Under the pieces are notes generated by a model. The model was not told where the DNA came from and ran no database searches. It saw only the letters and a program-made list of their open reading frames with translations. This document shows, one piece after another, positions 1 through 8,330 of a DNA stretch of 64,000 nucleotides (positions are counted from its first letter, which is position 1; every line of letters starts with the position of its first letter). The stretch covers positions 2,039-66,038 of the forward strand of contig JBAXRQ010000001.1 of NCBI GenBank assembly GCA_037131105.1, written 5' to 3'. This stretch comes from a bacterium (GTDB taxonomy: Bacteria > Patescibacteriota > UBA1384 > CAILIB01). Made by a program: the position numbers and the translations under genes.

Positions 1-1160
1 ATCGAGATGATCTTGAAGCTGAAGGGCTCGCCGAGGTGCAGGATGGTGCCTGGGTCGGTGATCCGCTCATTGCTGATCTCCGAGATATGCACCAGTCCAT
101 CGATGTCAGAGTCAAGCCGTACGAATACTCCGAACGGGGTAACGCGGGTGACTGCACCCTTTACGATGTCCCCGACCTTGTACTTGCTGGCTGCCTCCTG
201 CCACGGATCCTTGAGTAGGCGCTTGATCGAAAGTGAAACACGATTGTCGGCGGTAGACACTACCAGTACCTTCACCTTGTCGCCAATGGCGTACAGGGAG
301 TTGATATCGGTAACGCGTCCCCAGGCGATCTCGGAAATGTGCACCAGACCCTCGAGAGCGTCGCCTTCATCGCCAAGCTTGACGAAGATACCGAAGTCTA
401 CGATGCCGGTGATGACACCTTCCATGGTGTCGCCTTCCTTGATGTGCTTGAGCTTAGCCTCCTGAATGGTGTCGCCGGCTGCCTTCTCTGAGAAGATCAG
501 CTTGCCCTGGGACATGTCGAAGTTCAGTACCTTAACCGTCAGGGTCTGGCTGACCAGTTCCTTCAGGCGGGCATAGATCTCGTCAACGTTTCCACCATCA
601 ACCCGAGGATAGTGCTCGGATGCCAGCTGCGATACTGGAAGGAATCCAGTAAAGTCGCCTAGTTCGATCAGGAGACCGCCCTTGTTGGCGTCGCTCACCT
701 TGACCTGCATGGGCTCGCCGTCCTTCACACGCTGCTGCAGCTCGTTGGAGATGCGCTCACGATCGGCACGACGCAGTGACAGGACAATATTGCCCCGTTC
801 ATCCTCGATTACCAGTACCGACGCCATTACGGTGTCGCCTGGCTTCAGTTCGCTGGAAAGTACGGAAAGCTCACGCTCGGGGATGACTCCCACGGCGATG
901 CCGGCAATATCAATCCAGATTCGGGTAGCTGAGGAGGAAATAACAGTTCCCTCGACTACTGCGCCCGGTACGAACGGTACGACCTTTCCTCCAAGTTCGC
1001 GAAGCATCGTTTCCATGGTATCGACTCCATCGAAAGCAGGCTTTGCGACCTCTGTCTTTTCACTCTTTTTCTCCTCGGTCTCCTCGGTCTTCACAATGGT
1101 CTCTTCACTCTTCACTTCTTCTACGAACTCCACATCTGTCTGTTTGGGCTTTGTGGCCAT
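1..1160 (-). CDS. rpsA: 30S ribosomal protein S1 (partial; C-terminus beyond window start)
   Basis: Reverse-complement translation starting at the ATG ending at 1160 gives MATKPKQTDVEF...GAVVEGTVISSSATRIWIDIAGIAVGVIPERELS...GDTMEGVITGIVDFGIFVKLG...GLVHISEI. These are repeated S1 RNA-binding domains typical of RpsA. The frame stays open to position 1. Confidence 0.85.
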   Translation of the reverse strand, partial: MATKPKQTDVEFVEEVKSEETIVKTEETEEKKSEKTEVAKPAFDGVDTMETMLRELGGKVVPFVPGAVVEGTVISSSATRIWIDIAGIAVGVIPERELSVLSSELKPGDTVMASVLVIEDERGNIVLSLRRADRERISNELQQRVKDGEPMQVKVSDANKGGLLIELGDFTGFLPVSQLASEHYPRVDGGNVDEIYARLKELVSQTLTVKVLNFDMSQGKLIFSEKAAGDTIQEAKLKHIKEGDTMEGVITGIVDFGIFVKLGDEGDALEGLVHISEIAWGRVTDINSLYAIGDKVKVLVVSTADNRVSLSIKRLLKDPWQEAASKYKVGDIVKGAVTRVTPFGVFVRLDSDIDGLVHISEISNERITDPGTILHLGEPFSFKIIS

Positions 1161-1251
1161 GAGATTATATCTCTTTCTTCTGCGTAAGCGAGTATGCTCG
1201 CCGGCATATTCTGAGTAAGTGCCTAAGCGCTTAGTCCTTTATGCCTGCGAA

Positions 1252-1683
1252 TTACTTTTTAGCCTTGGGAAGATACTTTTGCTTGTACTCTATCACTTTC
1301 TCCTGCTTGATCACCTGGGTCAGGTCGGTCCTCCAGTAACGGATGAGGAAGCCTATCCATACTACCGCAGAGATCTCCTGGATCAATCGTATCGCGTCCA
1401 TGCCAAGGATGGGAAGGTACTGGAACCTGAAGAAGAACAGGAATACTCCGAGGATGGCATTGGTCCAGAAGAAGGTGGCAATCCGTTCTTTCAGCTGGGG
1501 ATGAACCTTCAGGAAGCTAATGGCAATGCCTCCGACCCAGCAGACCGCTACGAACCCTACGTATCCCCACATAAGCTTCCAAGGAAGCCGAGGGGTGATC
1601 TGAAGGATGTCGCTGTTCTTGAACCAGTGAGCCAAGGCTGAGCTGGTAAGGGCAGTACTGAATCGAGTCCACAGGGCATGCAT
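1252..1683 (-). CDS. small multi-pass membrane protein, unknown function
   Basis: ORF with 3-4 hydrophobic helices (WGYVGFVAVCWVGGIAISF..., ILGVFLFFFRF...). The start is placed at the MHALW methionine. The longer annotated ORF (to 1770) would run through the tRNA-Leu 3'-end repeat. Confidence 0.45.
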   Translation of the reverse strand: MHALWTRFSTALTSSALAHWFKNSDILQITPRLPWKLMWGYVGFVAVCWVGGIAISFLKVHPQLKERIATFFWTNAILGVFLFFFRFQYLPILGMDAIRLIQEISAVVWIGFLIRYWRTDLTQVIKQEKVIEYKQKYLPKAKK

Positions 1684-1720
1684 GGTGGGATTGCTACTGA
1701 CACAATAGCTTCGTCTCGAT

Positions 1721-1737
1721 TGGTGCCGCGAGAGGGA
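1721..1737 (-). repeat. 17-nt direct repeat of the tRNA-Leu(GAG) 3' end (tggtgccgcgagaggga)
   Basis: It is a perfect copy of positions 1814-1830, which is the 3' acceptor/T-stem of the tRNA-Leu. It lies 76 bp beyond the tRNA 3' end. Confidence 0.8.
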
Positions 1738-1813
1738 TATGCAGCTGCCGGGGGCAGGTGCATGTACCATCTAGTGACTAGTCCCGAGGGCGGCTACCTT
1801 AACTCTATCAAAC

Positions 1814-1899
1814 TGGTGCCGCGAGAGGGACTCGAACCCTCACACCATTGCTGGTCTAGGCCCTCAACCTAGTGCGTATACCGATTCCGCCATCGCGGC
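1814..1899 (-). tRNA. tRNA-Leu (anticodon GAG), 86 nt, long variable arm, CCA encoded
   Basis: Reverse complement is GCCGCGATGGCGG...CTAGGTTGAGGGCCTAG...GGGTTCGAGTCCCTCTCGCGGCACCA. It has a 7-bp acceptor stem, an anticodon loop TTGAGGG and a long extra arm. Confidence 0.85.
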
Positions 1900-1967
1900 C
1901 TGGTCGAGGCGTGGTTTCTTCTGATCTGTCTGACTATATCAAATGATCCGGTTGCTGTCGAGGGTTT

Positions 1968-2423
1968 ATGGCCTGTAGAATGACTGCAATGAATTACCTA
2001 GTGTTTACCCGGATTTCTCGGTTGGCGTGGGTTCTGCCAGTTCTGGTCTGGCTGGCCGCTTTTGGCTATCTGATTGGCCGTAACTCACCGCCGCCAGCTG
2101 CTTCTCCTGCGCCGGTCATTGCTCCCATAGGACTGGCGACTATTCAACCTGGATTTACTGCCAAGTACGATCCCGCTACCTCCCATTGGTCCTGGCAGTA
2201 CGCCCGAGTCATGGATACCGGCTGCCAGCAGCTGATCATGCCCATAGTGAATCCGGTGACCTATGACGAGCCTACTGACATCGTGCATATCGAGCTGAAG
2301 ACCTACAGTACCGACGATACGTGCACCAAGCCTGCGGCGATCGCAGCCTTTACCGGTGGCATCAGCACCGATCCAAATACCACATTCACACTTTCACTGG
2401 ATGGGAAGCAGATAGTTCCCTAG
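1968..2423 (+). CDS. hypothetical secreted/membrane-anchored protein
   Basis: The ORF has an N-terminal hydrophobic segment (LAWVLPVLVWLAAFGYLIG). No recognisable domain. Confidence 0.35.
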   Translation: MACRMTAMNYLVFTRISRLAWVLPVLVWLAAFGYLIGRNSPPPAASPAPVIAPIGLATIQPGFTAKYDPATSHWSWQYARVMDTGCQQLIMPIVNPVTYDEPTDIVHIELKTYSTDDTCTKPAAIAAFTGGISTDPNTTFTLSLDGKQIVP

Positions 2424-2507
2424 TACGAAAATCAGGAATGCGGACTAGGCTGCTTTGTGGTGGGCGGCTTTGTTAGGGTGTGGCTTGTACCACACTAAGC
2501 CATTCCC

Positions 2508-4001
2508 ATGTCCTGCGCAGTAGTTTCAAGTGCCTGTCTTTCCGGTCCCCGTGTAGTTCCGGTGCGTATCGAGGTGGATATCCAGCCTGGCTTGCCTTTG
2601 TTTACGGTCATCGGCCTGCCGGATAGGCGCATAGGCGAGGCCAAGGAGCGGGTGCGCTCAGCCATCAAGAATAGCGGCTTCACCTTTCCTTTGGGCAAGA
2701 TCACCGTCAATCTCTCCCCGTCCTCAGTGCCTAAGCAGGGAACCGGTCTAGATCTGGCCATAGCGGTGGGAGTGCTGGCTGCCAGCGGGAAATGTCGGGT
2801 ACCTGAAGATGGCTGTTGGGTGCTGGGTGAGCTGGCTTTGGATGGAGTAGTGCGGCCCTGTCAGCCCCTACTGCCTTTGCTTGTAGAGGCGCTTGATCAC
2901 GGTATTCCAGGTGTAATTATCCCGGCGGTAAACAGTGATGAGGTAGCACAGGTGCCCGAGTGCGCTACCTTCACCGCCGCTTCTTTACAAGAACTGGCGG
3001 GCAAGCTGTCTAAGCGATTATTCTGGAAACCCGGGGTATCTCTTCCTGACCTCCTGCCTACTCGGAATGAGTACTTCATTGATCACATCCGGGGTCAGGC
3101 CGAGGCTAAGCGCTGCTTGACTATTGCCCTGGCAGGAGGCCACCACATGCTGATGACCGGCCCTCCCGGTACCGGGAAGACCCTGCTGGCACGCGCAGCC
3201 GGCGAACTGCTCCCCTTTTTGACGAGGCGCCAGTCGCTTGACCATGCCCGTATCAGATCGTTGGTGGATGATCATTCATCTATCCAATTCGAGCCTCCCT
3301 TCCGTAGTCCTCACCATACGATCAGTCGAGCAGGCTTGTTGGGAGGTGGAAGCCAGGGCTTCCCCGGTGAAGTCAGCCTGGCAAATGACGGGATACTCTT
3401 TTTAGATGAGATCAGTGAGATCTCTCGGTCAGTGCTCGAGTCCTTGAGGCAGCCTTTGCAGGATAGACAGGTAGTCATCAATCGCAAAGGAGGCGAGCTA
3501 AAATACCCGGCTGACTGCCTGGTGATCGCAGCACGGAACCCCTGTCCCTGCGGTTTACTAGGAGTTGAGGGTCAAGTTTGCCGCTGCAGCGCTGGGGAGA
3601 TGGAGAGGTATGAGCGGAGGCTTTCTGAGGCTCTGCTGGATCGGTTCGATTTGTTCTGCCCGGTGCCGGCTGAGTCAGGTAGGGAGGTGGCGGCAGATGG
3701 ACGTAGTATGGCGGCAGAAATTGCACGATGCAGAAAGGTCCAGGGGAGACGTTGGGGCCAGAATATGACTAACGGAAAAGCGCTCCTAGAAGAACTGGAG
3801 AAGGTTGTTCGGTTGGATCAACCAAGCGGTAAGATGCTAGACGAGGCGACGGGGCGATTCTACCTTTCTATGCGTGGCCGGCAGAAGGTGTTGGCCGTAG
3901 CTTTGACGGTGGCGGACCTAGACAGAAAACCGCGACCCACTATTGAACATCTTCGAGAAGCACTAAGTTACCGTTACCGATCCTCGAATCAACGGTTCTA
4001 A
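2508..4001 (+). CDS. comM: Mg-chelatase-like AAA+ protein YifB/ComM
   Basis: N-terminal VIGLPDRRIGEAKERVRSAIKNSGFTFP...ITVNLSPSSVPKQGTGLDLAIAVGVLAA is the Lon-like ComM N-domain. It is followed by Walker A MTGPPGTGKT and a C-terminal Mg-chelatase domain. Confidence 0.9.
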   Translation: MSCAVVSSACLSGPRVVPVRIEVDIQPGLPLFTVIGLPDRRIGEAKERVRSAIKNSGFTFPLGKITVNLSPSSVPKQGTGLDLAIAVGVLAASGKCRVPEDGCWVLGELALDGVVRPCQPLLPLLVEALDHGIPGVIIPAVNSDEVAQVPECATFTAASLQELAGKLSKRLFWKPGVSLPDLLPTRNEYFIDHIRGQAEAKRCLTIALAGGHHMLMTGPPGTGKTLLARAAGELLPFLTRRQSLDHARIRSLVDDHSSIQFEPPFRSPHHTISRAGLLGGGSQGFPGEVSLANDGILFLDEISEISRSVLESLRQPLQDRQVVINRKGGELKYPADCLVIAARNPCPCGLLGVEGQVCRCSAGEMERYERRLSEALLDRFDLFCPVPAESGREVAADGRSMAAEIARCRKVQGRRWGQNMTNGKALLEELEKVVRLDQPSGKMLDEATGRFYLSMRGRQKVLAVALTVADLDRKPRPTIEHLREALSYRYRSSNQRF

Positions 4002-4137
4002 TCTGTACTTTGGTGATCTGACCAGCTATATTGGGAGGGAATCGGAAAGCAATACTGGTCTGTACTCGTAGCTTCGCTACTCGTGCTGACCTCGTCGAAA
4101 GTCTAATCCCATGCAAGCATGGATTATCCTTTCTCCT

Positions 4138-4214
4138 CGGTCTGTAGCTCAGTTGGTTAGAGCAACGCTCTTATAAGGCGTGGGTCCTGGGTTCAAGTCC
4201 CAGCAGACCGACCA
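4138..4214 (+). tRNA. tRNA-Ile with anticodon UAU (TAT), 77 nt, CCA encoded
   Basis: CGGTCTGTAGCTCAGTTGGTTAGAGCAACGCTCTTATAAGGCGTGGGTCCTGGGTTCAAGTCCCAGCAGACCGACCA. The backbone is nearly identical to bacterial tRNA-Ile(GAU). The anticodon loop CTTATAA gives UAU. Confidence 0.8.
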
Positions 4215-4223
4215 AAGTAAAAA

Positions 4224-4246
4224 GGCAGCAATATGCTGCCTTTTTA
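4224..4246 (+). terminator. rho-independent terminator after tRNA-Ile (GGCAGCA-loop-TGCTGCC + T5)
   Basis: A GC-rich hairpin is followed by TTTTT. Confidence 0.7.
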
Positions 4247-4374
4247 CTTTGCCTGTATCAGGTTGGGACTTGAACGGGAGAGGGGTCGGGAGAACGGAAG
4301 TTCTCCCGTGGAGGAAGGTAGCCTTCGAAGAAGGCGTTAAGGAAACCGTGGGTTTCCTAGTGCGGAGCACGTGA

Positions 4375-4394
4375 AAGTCCCAGCAGACCGACCA
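4375..4394 (+). repeat. 20-nt perfect direct repeat of the tRNA-Ile 3' end (aagtcccagcagaccgacca)
   Basis: Identical to 4195-4214 and located 160 bp downstream of the tRNA. It is immediately followed by a second hairpin terminator. Confidence 0.85.
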
Positions 4395-4398
4395 GAAC

Positions 4399-4432
4399 AA
4401 AAGAACATCCAAACGGATGTTCTTTTGTTCTG
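4399..4432 (+). terminator. second hairpin terminator (AAGAACATCC-aaac-GGATGTTCTT + T-tract)
   Basis: 10-bp stem followed by TTTGTT. Confidence 0.65.
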
Positions 4433-4519
4433 TAATAGGATTGACTTTTTTATCGTTGCGTGGTAGTATCCGGCGGTTCAATTACGAACTGAGGTTTAGA
4501 GTTTACAGAGGGGAATCAA

Positions 4520-5338
4520 ATGAAAAAGTTACTAAGACGTTTGGAAGAGTCACTGAGACGTTCCAAGTTCTACAGGGAAAATGCACAGATGGTTCAGGCG
4601 GGAATGCTGATCGGGTTGGCTATCTATGTTGCGTTCTTTGCCTGTCATGAGTATTATCGGCAGCCTCAGCTTCCGACCCTCGTCAGCTTATGGGCAGTCG
4701 GCCTGGCGACCATCTATTCAATCCCTATTGTGATGAGGCTCAGAAGGTTTTCATCCTCCTACGAGGGTGAGTACCGCCCGGCACTAGAGGTACTAAGTAG
4801 CGAGTCTGGAATCTCGAAATGCCGCATTCTGGTGGCGCAGAACGACATGATGGGAGCGGCTGCCTGCGGTTTTTGGGGGCAGGCCACGGTAATCCTTACG
4901 AGCAGTCTGTGCCAGCTCCCCTATGAGCAGCTTGAAGCGGTTTTTGCTCATGAGCTGGGCCACCTTGCTCATCGGGATGCCTTAGTGAAGTCGGCAATTG
5001 GACTTACCCTGTTGGACCTCATGTGCTGGCTAAGCGTTTCGCTTACCAACTACCTGCAGGGCAACGAGGCAACCCTTTTCGTCATATCCAGCTGTATGGC
5101 GGTAGCGACGCTCGTTCCCGTTCTTGCGTACAACCGAGCCATCGAGCGCAGAACTGACAGATTTGCAGCATGTCTTACAGGGAAGCCTGAAAATCTGGCA
5201 AAAGCCCTTTCCAGTATGTTGGAAAACAACTATCTGCTCCCTGGCATAGTTGTTAGGGAGAAAGAGCCGTTCTGGGTACGTATGTTCAATACTCACCCTG
5301 CTATTCATGAGAGGATACGGATGTATGGCCAAGCCTAA
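4520..5338 (+). CDS. htpX: M48-family zinc metallopeptidase, HtpX-like
   Basis: HEXXH motif AHELGHLAHRD, N-terminal TM helices and a C-terminal THPAIHERI motif typical of HtpX. RBS GAGGGG lies 6 nt upstream of the ATG. Confidence 0.85.
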   Translation: MKKLLRRLEESLRRSKFYRENAQMVQAGMLIGLAIYVAFFACHEYYRQPQLPTLVSLWAVGLATIYSIPIVMRLRRFSSSYEGEYRPALEVLSSESGISKCRILVAQNDMMGAAACGFWGQATVILTSSLCQLPYEQLEAVFAHELGHLAHRDALVKSAIGLTLLDLMCWLSVSLTNYLQGNEATLFVISSCMAVATLVPVLAYNRAIERRTDRFAACLTGKPENLAKALSSMLENNYLLPGIVVREKEPFWVRMFNTHPAIHERIRMYGQA

Positions 5339-5365
5339 GTGGCCGATCCTCAAAGTACATCAAAG

Positions 5366-5400
5366 GAAAAGCCCCGTCTCTGAAAGGAGTCGGGGCTTTT
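5366..5400. terminator. bidirectional hairpin terminator between convergent htpX and pnp
   Basis: AAAAGCCCCGTCTCTGAAAGGAGTCGGGGCTTTTAC has a GC stem and a U-tract on both strands. Confidence 0.7.
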
Positions 5401-5425
5401 ACTTTGCCTAGGCGACTACTCGCCT

Positions 5426-7540
5426 TTAGATAGCGTCCTTCATGCTCAGGGAGATACGTCCCTTTTCAGCATCGACTGCCTTCACCTTCACCTTTACGCT
5501 GTCCCCGATCTTCAGAATGTCGGAAACCAGGTTGATGCGGTCCTTGGAGACTTCGGAGATGTGTACCATTCCCTCCTTGTTAGGCAGAAACTGGACGATG
5601 GCGCCGATCTCCTTCTTAGGATCAATGCGGTCCTTGATGATCTGGATCACCTCGCCGTCGAACACCTCGCCTACCTCGATGGCGCGGCCGATGGCCTTGA
5701 CCTGCTCGATAGCCCACTTGGCCATCTCAGGATCAGAGGAGGCAATCATGACGGTACCGTCATCCTCGATGTCGATGGTGGTGATCTCCTTGCCGCCAGC
5801 CTCGCTGATGATACGGTTGATGTTCTTGCCGCCAGGCCCGATCAGCTCACCGATCTTGGCTGGGTCGATCTCGATTGCGGTGATACGCGGTGCATACTTG
5901 GACATCTCTTCGCGTGGCTCGGAGATGGTCTCCATCATCTTCTCAAGGATGAACATGCGGCCCTCAAAGGCCTGACTAAGCGTCTGCTCAATGATCGGCC
6001 AGGTTAGGCCCTCGATCTTGGTATCCATTTGGATAGCCGTGATACCGTCCTGGGTACCGGCGATCTTGAAGTCCATGTCACCGGCGAAGTCCTCAAGTCC
6101 CTGCAGGTCGGTCAGGACCTTGAACTTGGAGGCATCGTCATTGGTGACCAGGCCCATGGCGATACCAGAGACCGGAGCCGAAATAGGTACGCCGGCGTCC
6201 ATCAATGCCAGAGTAGAGCCACAGGTGGAGGCCATGGAAGACGAACCGTTGGAAGACAGGATCTCAGATACCAGGCGGATCGTGTAGGGGAAGTCACTCT
6301 GATCTGGGATCACCGGAGCCAAAGCCCGCTCAGCCAAGGCGCCGTGACCAGTCTCGCGACGGGAGGTTCCGCGTACGGGAGAAGCCTCACCGGTGGAATA
6401 CGGAGGGAAGTTGTAATGGTGCATGAAGCGCTTGGTACCCTCAAAGTCCATGGTGTCGATCATCTGCTCAGCACCAGGTGAGCCCAGGGTGGCGATAGTC
6501 AATGCCTGGGTCTGGCCGCGGGTGAACAGGGCTGAACCGTGGGTACGGGGCAGTAGGCTGACCTCTACGGTGATAGGGCGAACCTCAAGGATGCCGCGTC
6601 CGTCTGGGCGTTCCTCACGCTCCAGGATGGCTACGCGCACTTCCTTCTCCATCAGCTTGTTGACGGCCATGCGGATGTCTACCTGCTTGAAGGTGCCCTC
6701 CAGGTGGGCGCAGACCTTTACGGTGAGGTCGTCCAACAGGGTGGCCCGGACCTCAAGGTCCATGTTCTTCATGGCGGCAGTGATCTCATCGCCGCAGAAG
6801 CCCTTCACGGCCTCGTCGACAGTAGGTCCCTCCTTGCTCACAGTGTACTCAGGAGCGACATAGGCCTTGGCGAAGTCGTTCTGTACCTCAATGACCTGCT
6901 GCATGCCTTCGTGGGCCATTCTGAGGGCTTCTAGCATAATTTTCTCTGGTACCTGGTTGGCGCCAGCCTCAACCATCATGACCCGGTCCTTGGTTCCGGC
7001 GACCACAAGGTCAAGCTCGGACTCCTGCATTTCGATGCGGGTAGGGTTGACTACCAGCTTGCCGTCGATCAGACCGACCCGGCAGGCGCCTACGGCCTGT
7101 TTGAACGGGGCGGTACCGGCCTTCATCAGGGCGCAGGAGGCGGCGATGATGGCCAGGATGTCAGGGTCGTTCTCCTTGTCTATGGAAAGAACGGTGACGA
7201 TAACCTGGACGTCCTTCCTGAACTTCTTGTCGAACAGGGGACGAAGAGGGCGGTCGATCAGGCGAGAAGTAAGGATGGCGGCCTCGGAAGGACGTCCCTC
7301 ACGCTTAATGAACCGGGAACCGGAGATCTTACCGGCTGCGTACAGGCGCTCCTCGTAGTCCACCATCAGGGGGAAATAGTCTATCCCCTCGCGCTCGGAC
7401 TTGGATACTACCACGGTGGCCAGCAGCACGGTCTCACCGGCGGTGAGAGTGATGGCTGCGTCGGCCTGCTCTGCCATGCGACCAAACTCGATGGTCAGCT
7501 GGCGGTCACCAAGGGTGGTGACAAATTGCTCTACGGGCAT
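5426..7540 (-). CDS. pnp: polyribonucleotide nucleotidyltransferase (PNPase)
   Basis: MPVEQFVTTLGDRQLTIEFGRMAEQADAAI...two RNase PH domains...KH and S1 C-terminus (GEVFDGEVIQIIKDRIDPKKEIGAIVQF...). The start is chosen at MPVEQ, which has an AAAGG RBS. Confidence 0.95.
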   Translation of the reverse strand: MPVEQFVTTLGDRQLTIEFGRMAEQADAAITLTAGETVLLATVVVSKSEREGIDYFPLMVDYEERLYAAGKISGSRFIKREGRPSEAAILTSRLIDRPLRPLFDKKFRKDVQVIVTVLSIDKENDPDILAIIAASCALMKAGTAPFKQAVGACRVGLIDGKLVVNPTRIEMQESELDLVVAGTKDRVMMVEAGANQVPEKIMLEALRMAHEGMQQVIEVQNDFAKAYVAPEYTVSKEGPTVDEAVKGFCGDEITAAMKNMDLEVRATLLDDLTVKVCAHLEGTFKQVDIRMAVNKLMEKEVRVAILEREERPDGRGILEVRPITVEVSLLPRTHGSALFTRGQTQALTIATLGSPGAEQMIDTMDFEGTKRFMHHYNFPPYSTGEASPVRGTSRRETGHGALAERALAPVIPDQSDFPYTIRLVSEILSSNGSSSMASTCGSTLALMDAGVPISAPVSGIAMGLVTNDDASKFKVLTDLQGLEDFAGDMDFKIAGTQDGITAIQMDTKIEGLTWPIIEQTLSQAFEGRMFILEKMMETISEPREEMSKYAPRITAIEIDPAKIGELIGPGGKNINRIISEAGGKEITTIDIEDDGTVMIASSDPEMAKWAIEQVKAIGRAIEVGEVFDGEVIQIIKDRIDPKKEIGAIVQFLPNKEGMVHISEVSKDRINLVSDILKIGDSVKVKVKAVDAEKGRISLSMKDAI

Positions 7541-7733
7541 TGATGCCTTTCTTTCCCGCCGCGTAACGATTTCAGAATACCCGGGGGCATTCCGCAATCT
7601 CTTACGTGGCAGGAACGATTAAATGTATGTCTAGTTTGATCTTATCAGAAAGGTTGCAGGGAGGCCACAGGTGCTTGACTGATGGCTAGCGCAGTGGTTT
7701 AATGCGGTCAGATCTTTTCAGGAGAGGAATGTT

Positions 7734-7964
7734 ATGGGAACGTTGGTACTGATAATTTTGGTGCTTGCCGCTTTGGTTTCGCCTACTGTTCTGGCAGCCT
7801 TTATAGATAATGCAGCCAGTCCACGGCAGCGTAGTGGAAGGGCCGGATTCTCACTAGTAGTCTGGCCGCTCATTCTCGTGCTGAGCATAATGCAAGCGGA
7901 CAAGCTTGATCGGGATACGATTGCCGCACAGGATCGTGAGGGTATTGTAGTCACTGGTTTCTAA
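7734..7964 (+). CDS. small hydrophobic hypothetical protein
   Basis: 76-aa ORF with two TM-like segments. It has a GGAGAGG RBS and lies between rpsO and pnp on the opposite strand. Weak support. Confidence 0.3.
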   Translation: MGTLVLIILVLAALVSPTVLAAFIDNAASPRQRSGRAGFSLVVWPLILVLSIMQADKLDRDTIAAQDREGIVVTGF

Positions 7965-7983
7965 TGTGTGACTGTCTAACAAA

Positions 7984-8016
7984 AGCGCCGGATCCCAATG
8001 GGATCCGGCGCTTCGT
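7984..8016 (-). terminator. perfect palindromic terminator downstream of rpsO (GCGCCGGATCCCA|TGGGATCCGGCGC)
   Basis: 13-bp perfect stem followed by a T-tract on the minus strand. Confidence 0.7.
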
Positions 8017-8033
8017 GCGTTTCACAGGAGAAC

Positions 8034-8288
8034 CTACTTGCGCAGACCGAGCTCCTTGATGAACTCACCGTAGATGTCCGGCTCAGTGGAGGACAGGTAG
8101 TTCAGGAGGCGGCGACGGCGTCCGACCATCTTCAGAAGACCAGAACGGGAGTCGTGGTCCTTCTTGTGGGTCTTCAGGTGATCTGCCAGTTCCTCGATGC
8201 GCTCAGTAATCAAAGCAACCTGGACCTTGGTGGATCCGGTGTCGCTTGGGTTGGACTGATACTTCTTGACAATGCTTTTGACGGCCAT
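8034..8288 (-). CDS. rpsO: 30S ribosomal protein S15
   Basis: ...[48 protein letters not shown]... is the canonical S15 sequence. Confidence 0.9.
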   Translation of the reverse strand: MAVKSIVKKYQSNPSDTGSTKVQVALITERIEELADHLKTHKKDHDSRSGLLKMVGRRRRLLNYLSSTEPDIYGEFIKELGLRK

Positions 8289-8330
8289 GAGATCTATTAA
8301 CGTTAGAAAGTCTGTTTGACTATACAGGAT

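Noticed and set aside
682-1641. + strand ORFs 682-1218 and 1219-1641.
   Set aside because: They lie antisense to rpsA and to the membrane-protein gene. They are low-complexity with no RBS.
1678-1872. ORF (+) overlapping tRNA-Leu(GAG), and the long 1252-1770 reading of the membrane-protein ORF.
   Set aside because: The + ORF overlaps a confident tRNA gene on the opposite strand. The long reading would translate through the tRNA 3'-end repeat, so the shorter start at 1683 is preferred.
5442-7358. Several + strand ORFs (5442-5975, 5561-6007, 6029-6481, 6423-6863, 6867-7358) inside the pnp locus.
   Set aside because: They lie antisense to an unambiguous PNPase gene. Their products are low-complexity Ser/Arg/Ala-rich, typical of spurious ORFs opposite GC-rich coding sequence.
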